Assembly: GCF_036946585.1 (NCBI RefSeq)
Contig: NZ_JAQIIV010000013.1
Span: forward strand, 27,492 to 91,491
Direction of reading: 5' to 3'
Source: Pedobacter terrae
GTDB lineage: Bacteria; Bacteroidota; Bacteroidia; Sphingobacteriales; Sphingobacteriaceae
Length of the DNA: 64,000 nt
Shown piece after piece: positions 10,615 to 20,409 of this stretch (positions within the stretch are counted from its first letter, which is position 1; every line of letters begins with the position of its first letter). The translations under genes were made by a program, and so were the position numbers. Under the pieces are notes generated by a model. It was not told where the DNA came from and did not search any database. It saw nothing but the letters and a program-made list of their open reading frames with translations.

Positions 10615-11502
10615 TTAAAACTTAATGGTGTCAGGTAAATACTTAGTCACCAGTGCTTTGTAATAGGGTTCCAGTTCTGCCCAGCTTTTTTGATTGGGGT
10701 TTTTAGAATATAAATCATATGGGTTAAAAAGGTCAACCCACTTAAACATTTCATGGTCTTTTTCATTCATCAGGTGATCGTATGCATGTTCCCTATGTTG
10801 CGAATAAAAAGAGTGGTAACGGAGCATGTATAAACCTGGTTCTGGTAGGTAGGGTTTCATCATGTGGTACACATATTCATCATGGCCCCATGACATATCT
10901 ACATGATCCAAACCACAATTTTGGGTATAAACCCCCAGTTTAGTTTGGTAAACATCATTTTTGTAATCAGGATTCTGACTGAAAAATTCCGGATAAACAA
11001 TTTTATCAGAATAAGCACAACCAACCGGGAAAGTATCACCAACAACAGCCCATTGCGGTTCACCGAATAAACAAAGCACCTTACCCATATCGTGGATTAA
11101 GCCAACCAAAACCATCCAATCAGGGTGACCGTCGTTTCTAATGGCTTCAGATGTTTGCAATAGGTGCTGCATTTGGTCTAAATCAGTATCAGGATCAGAG
11201 TCATCCACCAACTTATTTAAAAAATCGAACGCACTCCAGATGGGCATCTCTTGTTTATTGAACCTAAGGTAATCGGCTTTTTTCTGCTTCACAAAATCGT
11301 AGGTTTGATAAGTGTGGTTAAGCCTGTAAAATTCCTTTACACTATCCTTTTCTGTTTCTTCATAATTTCTGAACTGCTCTTCTTTTTTGTCAGCATTGAT
11401 ACTTTTGGGATTTGGATATCGGGTTAATATATCCTCTTCCCATTGATCAAGATTTTGCAAAGGATTTTGGTTATCCTTTGAAGAATGACTTTGGTTTCTC
11501 AT
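10615..11502 (-). CDS. miox: Myo-inositol oxygenase (MIOX)
   Basis: LVDDSDPDTDLDQMQHLLQTSEAIR, GLIHDMGK, QWAVVGDTFPVGC, MSWGHDEY, LRYHSFY, FNPYDLYSK. Confidence 0.93.
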   Translation of the reverse strand: MRNQSHSSKDNQNPLQNLDQWEEDILTRYPNPKSINADKKEEQFRNYEETEKDSVKEFYRLNHTYQTYDFVKQKKADYLRFNKQEMPIWSAFDFLNKLVDDSDPDTDLDQMQHLLQTSEAIRNDGHPDWMVLVGLIHDMGKVLCLFGEPQWAVVGDTFPVGCAYSDKIVYPEFFSQNPDYKNDVYQTKLGVYTQNCGLDHVDMSWGHDEYVYHMMKPYLPEPGLYMLRYHSFYSQHREHAYDHLMNEKDHEMFKWVDLFNPYDLYSKNPNQKSWAELEPYYKALVTKYLPDTIKF

Positions 11503-11595
11503 AAGGCTAGAAATTGATTTCTATGAAAATTTGTTGGTTGTTGGGTTAAAGTTGAGTTTTTGAAAGCTTAAAATTTTATGATTGGCCAACTTTAT

Positions 11596-11615
11596 TTACT
11601 TAAACGATTACGTAA
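11596..11615. promoter_or_regulatory. Putative LacI-family operator upstream of the miox-susCD operon
   Basis: TTACTTAAACGATTACGTAA; reverse complement shares TTACGTAA-CGTTT with the site at 13023-13042. Confidence 0.55.
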
Positions 11616-11974
11616 AATTTTATTACTTAGTGAAAAATATGAGTTAAAATGCTTAAATTTAATTAGTTATATATTTTGTTCTTTTTGATAATATTGTTGT
11701 GATTGTGCGGGCATTAAAAAAAGGCCAAAGAAAAAAATGAAAGGTGATGTTATGATATTTTTATATTTTCGTTCGCTGTTAGCTATTTGTTTCAACAAGA
11801 AATGATATTGGGCAGCAATCGGCTAACTTATTTAGAACATCCAATTCAATGCTTATATCGTATAACTGTTGAGGCTGCTGTTTTGCAAAGTGCTGCTGGT
11901 GAAAAAAGGTAGATGCTGTCCTGTCAATTTTCATTGGCAAAGGCTACGCAGACCTTAAAAACTAACAAAACAAA

Positions 11975-12997
11975 ATGAAGAACATGGGGGAAGCAGTTAA
12001 TATTAAGCGGTTGGCTCAAGAGTTAAATATTTCAATCGCAACCGTTTCTAAGGCACTCAACGATAGCTATGAAATCAGTTTAAAAACCAAAAACAGGGTA
12101 TGGTCCTTGGCGAAAGAACTGAACTATACCCCAAATCCCGCTGCAAGTAACCTGCGCAGCAACAAAACCAAAACAATAGCAGTAGTTATACCCCGCGTGG
12201 CGAATAATTTTTTCTCTTTGTCTATCATGGGAATCGAAGAAATTGCCCGGCAATATGGTTACCATGTACTGATTTATCAAACCCACGAAGACATAGAGGC
12301 AGAGAAAGCATTTACCAACAGCTTGTTAAACGGGCGGGTAGATGGTATTCTCACTTCCGTATCAAGTAGTGAATACAATAGTGAATATTATGCCAATCTG
12401 GTCAAAAAAATTCCCTTGGTCTTTTTCGATCGGGTATACGAAAACCTGGATGCGGTTAAAGTAACTACTGATGATTACGAAGTTGCTTTTCAGGCTACTG
12501 AACATTTAATTGAGTGTGGCTGCACTAAAATCGCATATTTATTTGGACTCGAAAACCTTCCGGCAGGTAAGGCAAGGTTTGCTGGTTATCTTGATGCATT
12601 GAAAGTGCATGGGATTGCCGTTTCAGATCAACTTGTTATTAACTATATTGACGATGAAGAACTTAACCGGCGGCAGATAACAGAATTACTTAAAAAGTAT
12701 AAACCAGATGCACTTTTTTCCTCTATCGAAGAATTTATTATTCCAACATATTGCGCCTGTAGGGAAATGGGTTTAAAGATTCCGGATGATGTTAAAATAC
12801 TTAGTTTTTCTAACCTCAGTACAGCAAAACTTTTGAGTCCATCACTTACAACAATATCACAACCTGCATTTGAAATTGGCCGCGAAGCAGCTAAATGCCT
12901 CTTCAAAATTCTCAACAAAAAACAACTGGACGATGAACAGAATATTATTCTGAAATCGGTACTTACCAAACGGGAATCTACCGGTTGCGGAAGCTAA
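11975..12997 (+). CDS. LacI-family transcriptional regulator
   Basis: N-terminal HTH IKRLAQELNISIATVSKALND...LNYTPN; periplasmic-binding-type effector domain; divergent from miox. Confidence 0.93.
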   Translation: MKNMGEAVNIKRLAQELNISIATVSKALNDSYEISLKTKNRVWSLAKELNYTPNPAASNLRSNKTKTIAVVIPRVANNFFSLSIMGIEEIARQYGYHVLIYQTHEDIEAEKAFTNSLLNGRVDGILTSVSSSEYNSEYYANLVKKIPLVFFDRVYENLDAVKVTTDDYEVAFQATEHLIECGCTKIAYLFGLENLPAGKARFAGYLDALKVHGIAVSDQLVINYIDDEELNRRQITELLKKYKPDALFSSIEEFIIPTYCACREMGLKIPDDVKILSFSNLSTAKLLSPSLTTISQPAFEIGREAAKCLFKILNKKQLDDEQNIILKSVLTKRESTGCGS

Positions 12998-13022
12998 AAA
13001 AATACATTTTTTATTTGCTGTT

Positions 13023-13042
13023 TCCCGAAAACGTTTACGTAA
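13023..13042. promoter_or_regulatory. Putative LacI-family operator upstream of GH28
   Basis: TCCCGAAAACGTTTACGTAA, central-CG pseudo-palindrome matching 11596-11615. Confidence 0.55.
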
Positions 13043-13148
13043 TTAAATAATTGAATTAGACCATCAACATTGGGATTTTTTATGATTTTTAAACCGTTTT
13101 TTGACCATTGGGATAAGTTAAATAAACCAAACTGATAGCGATTTAAAA

Positions 13149-14567
13149 ATGAAAATTAGACCTTTACTCTTTTTTGTACTGCTGATTTCTTTCAGCGGGA
13201 TGGCCCAAAATAAATTGTTTAATATTAAAAACTACGGCGCAGTGGGCGACGGTAAAACCAACGATGCTGCTGCCATTCAAAAGGCCATCAATGCCTGTTC
13301 GGCGGCGGGTGGTGGACAGGTTATTGTGCCGGCTGGAAATGTGTTTTTAGCAGGTCCTTTTAATTTGAAATCGTTTGTTGATTTAAAGGTAGAAGGTGGG
13401 GCTAAACTATTAGCCAGTCCTGATGAAAAACTATATACGCGAAGTGCTTTTAGGGAAAATAAGGGTGAGGGAACCATTTGGATAGGTGGAGAAAAGCTTG
13501 AGCAGGTGAGTATTACCGGAACAGGAATAATTGATGGAAATGGGATTTCTTTTATGGGAGAGGAGTTGAGCGATTCGTATGTTTTAAAACCGTTTAATAT
13601 TATAGATCCTAGGCCGCATTTGCTTACGCTAATTGGCTGTAATAAATTGAACATAGACGGGGTAACGCTTCAAAATTCCGCGTACTGGACAGTTCATTTG
13701 GTGGGCTGTAATGATGTTTCCATATCCAATATCACCTTGCTGAACAGTATAAAAATCCGCAATAGTGATGGTATTGACCTGGATCACAGTAAAAATGTGC
13801 GAATTACCAATTGTTTTATTGAATCGGGTGATGATTGTATCTGCTTAAAAAACAGACGTGAGTTCGAAGAATATGGAGCCTGTGAAAATATCGTGGTCAG
13901 TAACTGTACCATGACCTCTAGCTCGTGTGCCATTAAAATTGGTTCTGAAAATATGGACCGGATCAGTAATGTACTCATCAATAATTGCAATATCAGAAAG
14001 AGCAACCGCGGTATTGGGATTCAAAATCGCGATGAGGGTACTGTTGAGCATGTTATTTTCTCTAACCTATTTATCGAATCGAAACTTTTCTCGGATGTGT
14101 GGTGGGGCAAGGCAGAGCCGATTTATATAACTGCTTATCCAAGAGCCACGAGTAATAATAAAGACGCTGGCTGGCGTTTACCAAAGGGGGAGACCAAAGG
14201 CAAGGTGGGTGCGGTTAAAAATATTTATTTTAGTAATATCAGGTGTACCGGAGAAAGCGGTGTTTACGTCAGCGGCGAAAGTCCGGATAAAATTTCTGAC
14301 ATCTATTTTGATCAGGTGAGTGTTCATCTCGATAAAACAACAAATGAAGCAGGTGGAGTATATGATCGCAGGCCCAGCAATGTTGAAGGGCTGGTTAAAA
14401 GTGCGGTTGCGGGATTTTATTTTGAAAATACCGGATACATCAGCCTGCAGAACAGCAATGTTGTTTGGGGTAAAAATAAACCTGCCTATGCCAGTAGGGC
14501 ATTGGAGAAAAAAAATGTAAGTAAGCTTAGGGAAATTAACTTTAGTGAAACCACAGTAGAAAAATAA
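13149..14567 (+). CDS. GH28-family (polygalacturonase-like beta-helix) glycoside hydrolase, secreted
   Basis: YGAVGDGKTNDAAAIQKAI; NSDGID, SGDDCI, IKIGSE motifs; signal peptide. Confidence 0.88.
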   Translation: MKIRPLLFFVLLISFSGMAQNKLFNIKNYGAVGDGKTNDAAAIQKAINACSAAGGGQVIVPAGNVFLAGPFNLKSFVDLKVEGGAKLLASPDEKLYTRSAFRENKGEGTIWIGGEKLEQVSITGTGIIDGNGISFMGEELSDSYVLKPFNIIDPRPHLLTLIGCNKLNIDGVTLQNSAYWTVHLVGCNDVSISNITLLNSIKIRNSDGIDLDHSKNVRITNCFIESGDDCICLKNRREFEEYGACENIVVSNCTMTSSSCAIKIGSENMDRISNVLINNCNIRKSNRGIGIQNRDEGTVEHVIFSNLFIESKLFSDVWWGKAEPIYITAYPRATSNNKDAGWRLPKGETKGKVGAVKNIYFSNIRCTGESGVYVSGESPDKISDIYFDQVSVHLDKTTNEAGGVYDRRPSNVEGLVKSAVAGFYFENTGYISLQNSNVVWGKNKPAYASRALEKKNVSKLREINFSETTVEK

Positions 14568-14634
14568 GAAAATTTTAAATAATTGGTTGCCCTATATCAA
14601 ACCGGAAAACACTATACTTAAAGTATGGATTTAA

Positions 14635-14904
14635 TTATTGCTGGTTGCTCATAGCAATTCCAGTTAAGGCAGTATTGATTTCGTTAATGGTTTTGACACT
14701 GAAAACATGCCCGCCGATTAACCATCTTTTGATTTCATCCGGATTAATATCCAATATGGAAGCCAGGTCGTTTTCCGTCGAACCATTTAGATTAAGTATT
14801 GCTGTGGTTTTATGGGCAACATCAAGGTTTAACTGTGTTAGTTTCTCAATTGCAGGATTTCCGGTTTCTTCCAGCCAGATCGAAACAAAATCGTTTTCTT
14901 CCAT
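14635..14904 (-). CDS. Small XRE-like HTH hypothetical protein
   Basis: TENDLASILDINPDEIKRWLIGGHVFSVKTI is HTH-like. Confidence 0.6.
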   Translation of the reverse strand: MEENDFVSIWLEETGNPAIEKLTQLNLDVAHKTTAILNLNGSTENDLASILDINPDEIKRWLIGGHVFSVKTINEINTALTGIAMSNQQ

Positions 14905-15024
14905 TTTATTCTTTTTAAATTAGCACATTAGCTTGCAATAAATAGCAACTGTTTGTTTGGCGGCAAATTTAGCGATTAAGGGAAGCAAAGCAAATCAGAA
15001 TGAAAAGAATATTCTAATTTTACA

Positions 15025-15375
15025 ATGGAGTTTAATTTCAATCAATTCAAAATGGCATCAGATCAGAAATTTGTAGATTTTATAATCGATCAGTTTAATT
15101 ATTCCGGTCAGGTGACCTATAAAAAGATGTTTGGTGAATACGGCTTGTATTTTGATGATAAGTTATTTGCTCTTGTATGCGACAACAAATTGTTTGTTAA
15201 ACCAACATCATCTGGAAGGGCATATATCAGGGATGTGGTAGAAGCACCTCCATATCCGGGAGCAAAAAATCAGTTTGTAATTGAAGAGCAGTTGGAAGAC
15301 CGAGATTGGTTAAAAAAACTGGTGGATATTACGGTAGCCGAACTGCCCGCTGCCAAACCCAAGAAAAAGAAATAA
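15025..15375 (+). CDS. TfoX/Sxy N-terminal domain protein
   Basis: YKKMFGEYGLYFDDKLFALVCDNKLFVKP; PPYPGAK; C-terminal PKKKK. Confidence 0.85.
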   Translation: MEFNFNQFKMASDQKFVDFIIDQFNYSGQVTYKKMFGEYGLYFDDKLFALVCDNKLFVKPTSSGRAYIRDVVEAPPYPGAKNQFVIEEQLEDRDWLKKLVDITVAELPAAKPKKKK

Positions 15376-15462
15376 AGGTATTAATTGAGGTAAGTGCCCG
15401 GCCGAAAAAAAATATCAATTAAGTTCTTTGGCAAATAATAGTAGCCGAAACCTTTATTCATC

Positions 15463-15609
15463 TTAATTTGATAAAGAATTTATACTTTCTGGTTCCGGAT
15501 CGCCAGTTGTTTCACCTAATGGGGCTATACCACAAGCTGCCCATATAAACTTGAAAATATTGAGGAATTCGCATTGTATGTCTCTTTCAGATTGTATTTC
15601 GTTTTCCAT
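15463..15609 (-). CDS. Possible 48-aa small protein (below ORF-track cutoff)
   Basis: Hand-translated MENEIQSERDIQCEFLNIFKFIWAACGIAPLGETTGDPEPESINSLSN*; no family recognised. Confidence 0.25.
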   Translation of the reverse strand: MENEIQSERDIQCEFLNIFKFIWAACGIAPLGETTGDPEPESINSLSN

Positions 15610-16131
15610 ATTTTACCACTTTAATCTGATTACTAAACAAAAAATGGCTGATTTTGTGTTGGCTAAAATAGTGCTTTAATATAAGTACATTGTTGTGTAA
15701 ATGTTAAGTATATATTGTCATCCCCGGCAATAGTTTATCGGGTTAAGCATCACGTAGTTAGGCCTTAACTAGCTAACTTTTCTGCTCAATGCTATAATAT
15801 ACAAGGGCATCTATCATTAAAAAATTTATCTGAAGAAATCTTGATGATTGAAAACAAGGTATTTACGGTCAATAAACTGATTTAATATACAGTTTAAAAT
15901 CCTGTCTTTTTATTCCCAAATGCCATTTTTTTGCCCAAACCTGAAGTTTAACTTCATTATAACTTCATAAAACTGTATTTATTTCGCTTTCGAATTAAAT
16001 CGTTGCGTAACCATAATTTATTGAAATCAAAAAGTATCTATAAACCGGTTGTAGAGAACTTTTCATAATTAAATGGTTAACGAGGGAAACTAATTAGAGA
16101 AAATAAATCAGATTAAAAACCACTCCAAAAA

Positions 16132-17214
16132 ATGAAAAGAGTTCTCATGTGCTTAGGCTTGTTTACTTTGCTTTACGCAACAAGTTGCACCTCGAAGAAA
16201 GAAGAAAAGCAAGAAGTAGAAACTTATGCGGTAACCACGCCTTTAAGAATGGATACTTCCTTTACCAAAGAATATGTTTCGCAGATCAAATCTGTTCGCA
16301 ACATCGAAGTTAGGGCCCAGGAAAAGGGTTATCTCCAAAATATTTATGTAGATGAAGGTCAGCATGTAAAAGCAGGCCAGTTGTTGTTTAAAATTATGCC
16401 TAAAGCGGCACAATCTGAATTGTTAAAGGCACAAGCTGAAACTAAATCGGCTCAAATTGAATTGGAAAACACCAAATTACTTTCAGATAAAAATATCGTT
16501 TCTAAAAATGAACTGGCCATGGCTAAAGCTAAACTGCAATCGGCAAATGCCGAAACCTCTTTGGCTAAATTCCACCTATCCAACACCGAAATCAGAGCAC
16601 CGTTTGATGGTACCATCGATCGTATTCCTTTAAAATTGGGAAGTTTGGTTGATGAAGGTGCGTTATTAACCAGCCTTTCAGATAACAGTCAGGTTTTTGC
16701 CTATTTCAACGTATCAGAACCTGAATATTTAAACTATCAGAGTGCTGCCAAAGCAAAAAGCCAGCAAGAAGTAAGCTTGTTACTGGCAAACGGCGAATTT
16801 CTTAAATCGAAAGGGAAGGTAGAAGTTATTGAAAGCGAATTTGATAACGAAACCGGAAATATTGCTTTCAGGGCAAGGTTCAATAATAGCGATAACCTCC
16901 TTAGGAATGGTGAAACGGGTAAGGTACATATGGTTGTGCCCCTAAAAAATGCGATTATTATCCCCCAAAAGGCCACTTATGATATACAGGACAAAACCTA
17001 TGTTTTTGTAGTTGATAAAAACAACAAGGTACACTCCAGGGCCATTACCATTGCCGGAGATCTTCCTGACTTATACATCGTAGGCGATGGTATTAGCGTT
17101 GATGATAAGATTTTGCTTGAAGGTGTACAGAAAGTTAAAGATGATGATAAAATTGCCTTTAAATTCCAGCAACCTCAGGAAGTGTTGAAACAATTGAGAT
17201 TGAAAACAGAATAA
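16132..17214 (+). CDS. RND efflux periplasmic adaptor (MFP) lipoprotein
   Basis: Lipobox ATSC; IEVRAQEKGYL, IRAPFDGTI, ETGNIAFRARF, IIPQKATY. Confidence 0.93.
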   Translation: MKRVLMCLGLFTLLYATSCTSKKEEKQEVETYAVTTPLRMDTSFTKEYVSQIKSVRNIEVRAQEKGYLQNIYVDEGQHVKAGQLLFKIMPKAAQSELLKAQAETKSAQIELENTKLLSDKNIVSKNELAMAKAKLQSANAETSLAKFHLSNTEIRAPFDGTIDRIPLKLGSLVDEGALLTSLSDNSQVFAYFNVSEPEYLNYQSAAKAKSQQEVSLLLANGEFLKSKGKVEVIESEFDNETGNIAFRARFNNSDNLLRNGETGKVHMVVPLKNAIIIPQKATYDIQDKTYVFVVDKNNKVHSRAITIAGDLPDLYIVGDGISVDDKILLEGVQKVKDDDKIAFKFQQPQEVLKQLRLKTE

Positions 17215-17238
17215 TCTAAACCCCTCTATACTTCATTT

Positions 17239-20200
17239 ATGTTTAGTAAATTCATACAAAGGCCAGTCCTTTCTATCGTAATATCACTGGTTATTGTGTT
17301 TTTGGGGGTGTTGGCCATAAGCTATCTGCCTGTTACACAATTTCCAACCATATCTCCTCCCAAGGTAAATATCACTGCTGATTATCCCGGAGCAAATAAC
17401 GAGCTGCTGATTAAATCTGTAGTGATTCCGCTTGAACGTGCACTTAATGGTGTACCCGGCATGAAATACATTGCGTCTAATGCCGGTAATGATGGTGAAG
17501 CATCTGTACAGGTGGTGTTTAACCTGGGTACCGATCCCAACCAGGCTTCACTTAACGTACAGAACCGTGTAGCTGCTGTGACCAATAAACTTCCGCCCTT
17601 GGTTATCCGCGAAGGGGTAAAAATCACCCGTGAAGAGCCTAACATGTTGATGTATATCAACCTGTATAGCAAAGACCCTAAAATGAACCAGAACTTCCTG
17701 TACAACTATGCCGATATCAACCTGCTTTCAGAGCTAAAAAGGGTTGATGGAGTAGGTTTTGCTGATATTTTGGGCGACAGGGATTATGCCATGCGGATCT
17801 GGTTAAAACCTGACCGTATGCAGGCTTATAAAATTTCGGTTGATGAAGTAATGAAAGGCCTTGAAGAGCAAAGTTTAGAAGCCTCGCCCGGTAAAACAGG
17901 GGAGAGTTCTGGTAAACGCTCGCAGGCTTTCGAATATGTGCTAAAATATTCTGGGCGCTTCAATACCAAAGAGGGTTATGAAAACATTGTGGTGAGGGCC
18001 ACACCTGATGGTCAGTTGCTCCACTTAAAAGATGTAGCAGATGTGGATTTTAGTGCTTCAGCTTACAATTTATATTCCACTTTAAACGGAAAAGCATCTG
18101 CTGCTATCGTTTTAAAGCAATCTTACGGCAGTAACGCCAGCCAGGTGATTAAAGATGTTAAGGCCAAAATGGCTGAAATTAAGGCCGCATCTTTTCCAAA
18201 AGGTTTAGATTATGAGATTAGTTACGACGTTTCCAAATTCCTTGATGCCTCTATTGAAAAGGTAATCCATACCCTGGTAGAGGCCTTTATTTTGGTGGGT
18301 TTAGTGGTATTCCTGTTTCTGGGCGATTGGCGTTCAACGCTTATTCCAGCCATCGCTGTACCCGTATCCTTAATCGGAACGTTCGTGTTTATGCAGTTTT
18401 TTGGCATCACGCTCAACTTAATTACCCTATTTGCATTGGTGTTGGCCATTGGTGTAGTTGTGGATGATGCGATTGTGGTAATTGAGGCGGTGCATGCGAA
18501 GATGGAGCTGGATAGGAATCTATCAGTATTAAAAGCTACACAGCAAGCCATGAAAGAGATCGGCGGTGCCATTATTGCCATTACCTTCTTGATGGCGTCG
18601 GTATTTATTCCGGTAGCATTTATGTCTGGTCCGGTGGGTATTTTTTACCGTCAATTCTCCATCACCATGGCAACGGCAATTATCCTTTCAGGTATTGTGG
18701 CTTTAACACTTACACCTGCCTTGTGTGCCATTATGCTTAAAAACAATCATGGTGCGCCTAAAAAGAAAACATTAATCGATCGTTTTCTGGATGGTTTTAA
18801 TCGCAGTTTCGGTAAATTATCAGGCAAATACGAATTGGTACTGAGCCGGGTGGTAAGCCGTAGATTATTAACCTTTGGCGTGTTGGTGGTTTTTTGTTTA
18901 GGTATTTGGGCATTAAGTGCGAGTGTGCCTTCAGGTTTTATCCCTAACGAAGACCAGGGAATGGTGTATGCCATCATTCAAACCCCTCCGGGATCTACAT
19001 TAGAGCGTACAGATCAGATTGCAGAGAAATTGCAGAAAATGTGCGAAGATATTGATGGCGTTAAATCGGTTTCATCTTTAGCCGGATATGAAATTCTTAG
19101 TGAAGGTACAGGATCCAACTCGGGTACCTGTTTAATTAACCTTAAAGATTGGAACGAACGTAAACACTCGGCACAGGAAATCATTGAAGAATTGGAAGAA
19201 AAATCAAAATCGATACCAGGTGCAACGATCGAATTTTTTCAGCCACCAGCGGTGCCCGGTTATGGTGCAGCGGGTGGTTTCGAACTCCGTTTATTGGATA
19301 AAGCCGGTAGTGGCGATTACAAAAAAATGGAAACCGTTGGTAATGATTTTGTGCGCGAGTTAAATAAACGTAAAGAGTTATCATCTGTATTTACTTTCTA
19401 CAGTGCCAGTTTTCCGCAGTATATGTTAGATGTTGATAATGATATTGCTCAACAAAAGGGCGTAAGCATTGATAATGCAATGAATACCTTGTCTACTTTT
19501 GTGGGTAGCGATTATGAAACCAGCTTTATCAAATACGATCGCCAGTATCGGGTAATCGTACAGGCCCTACCTCAATATCGTGCTTTACCAGAAGATATTT
19601 TGAAACTTTCAGTCAAAAACAGTCGTGACGAAATGGTGCCTTTCTCGGCATTTATAAAAATGAGAAGGGTTTATGGTCTTTCGGAGATCACACGTCACAA
19701 TATGTACAATGCTTCTGAAATCAGCGGACAGGCGGCGCCAGGTTATAGTTCAGGTCAAGCCATTCAAGCCATTAATGAAGTGGCACAGAAAACATTGCCA
19801 AGAGGTTTCGGTATCGACTGGGCAGGTATCTCAAAAGATCAGGTATCAAGGGGCAATGGTGCCATTTATATCTTCCTGATCTGTTTGGGTTTCGTATACC
19901 TGGTATTGGCTGCACAATATGAAAGTTTCATTTTGCCTTTATCAGTAATTCTATCCTTACCTGCAGGTATTTTTGGTGCATTCCTTTTCCTGAAATTATT
20001 AGGATTAGAGAACAATATCTATTCGCAGGTGGCCATGGTTATGCTCATTGGTTTACTCGGTAAAAATGCGGTATTAATTGTAGAATTTGCCACGCAGCGC
20101 CAAAGTCAGGGATTATCAGTACTTAAGGCGGCAATGGAGGGAGCAAGCGTGCGTTTCCGTCCGATTTTAATGACCTCTTTTGCCTTTATTGCCGGTTTGA

Positions 20201-20409
20201 TTCCTTTAATGATCGCAACCGGCCCAGGTAAAATCGGTAACCGTACTATTGGTTCGGCTGCGGCTGGCGGTATGCTTTTCGGTACCATTTTCGGGGTAAT
20301 TGTAATCCCTGGCTTATATTATATATTCGGATCAATTGCAGCAAAATACAAGCTGATCAAAATTGAGGAAGAACATCCATTAACTGAAGAAATTGAGAAT
20401 AATGTTTAA
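17239..20409 (+). CDS. RND efflux permease, HAE1/AcrB-like
   Basis: FIQRPVLS, LPVTQFP, YAMRIWL, LAIGVVVDDAIVVIE, GLLGKNAVLIVEFA, RFRPILMTS. Confidence 0.95.
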   Translation: MFSKFIQRPVLSIVISLVIVFLGVLAISYLPVTQFPTISPPKVNITADYPGANNELLIKSVVIPLERALNGVPGMKYIASNAGNDGEASVQVVFNLGTDPNQASLNVQNRVAAVTNKLPPLVIREGVKITREEPNMLMYINLYSKDPKMNQNFLYNYADINLLSELKRVDGVGFADILGDRDYAMRIWLKPDRMQAYKISVDEVMKGLEEQSLEASPGKTGESSGKRSQAFEYVLKYSGRFNTKEGYENIVVRATPDGQLLHLKDVADVDFSASAYNLYSTLNGKASAAIVLKQSYGSNASQVIKDVKAKMAEIKAASFPKGLDYEISYDVSKFLDASIEKVIHTLVEAFILVGLVVFLFLGDWRSTLIPAIAVPVSLIGTFVFMQFFGITLNLITLFALVLAIGVVVDDAIVVIEAVHAKMELDRNLSVLKATQQAMKEIGGAIIAITFLMASVFIPVAFMSGPVGIFYRQFSITMATAIILSGIVALTLTPALCAIMLKNNHGAPKKKTLIDRFLDGFNRSFGKLSGKYELVLSRVVSRRLLTFGVLVVFCLGIWALSASVPSGFIPNEDQGMVYAIIQTPPGSTLERTDQIAEKLQKMCEDIDGVKSVSSLAGYEILSEGTGSNSGTCLINLKDWNERKHSAQEIIEELEEKSKSIPGATIEFFQPPAVPGYGAAGGFELRLLDKAGSGDYKKMETVGNDFVRELNKRKELSSVFTFYSASFPQYMLDVDNDIAQQKGVSIDNAMNTLSTFVGSDYETSFIKYDRQYRVIVQALPQYRALPEDILKLSVKNSRDEMVPFSAFIKMRRVYGLSEITRHNMYNASEISGQAAPGYSSGQAIQAINEVAQKTLPRGFGIDWAGISKDQVSRGNGAIYIFLICLGFVYLVLAAQYESFILPLSVILSLPAGIFGAFLFLKLLGLENNIYSQVAMVMLIGLLGKNAVLIVEFATQRQSQGLSVLKAAMEGASVRFRPILMTSFAFIAGLIPLMIATGPGKIGNRTIGSAAAGGMLFGTIFGVIVIPGLYYIFGSIAAKYKLIKIEEEHPLTEEIENNV

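Noticed and set aside
1382-11502. Locus as a standard heparin/heparan-sulfate PUL
   Set aside because: GH89+HGSNAT fit, but sulfatases, heparin lyases and GH88 are absent while MIOX and a phosphatase are present; kept only as the alternative hypothesis.
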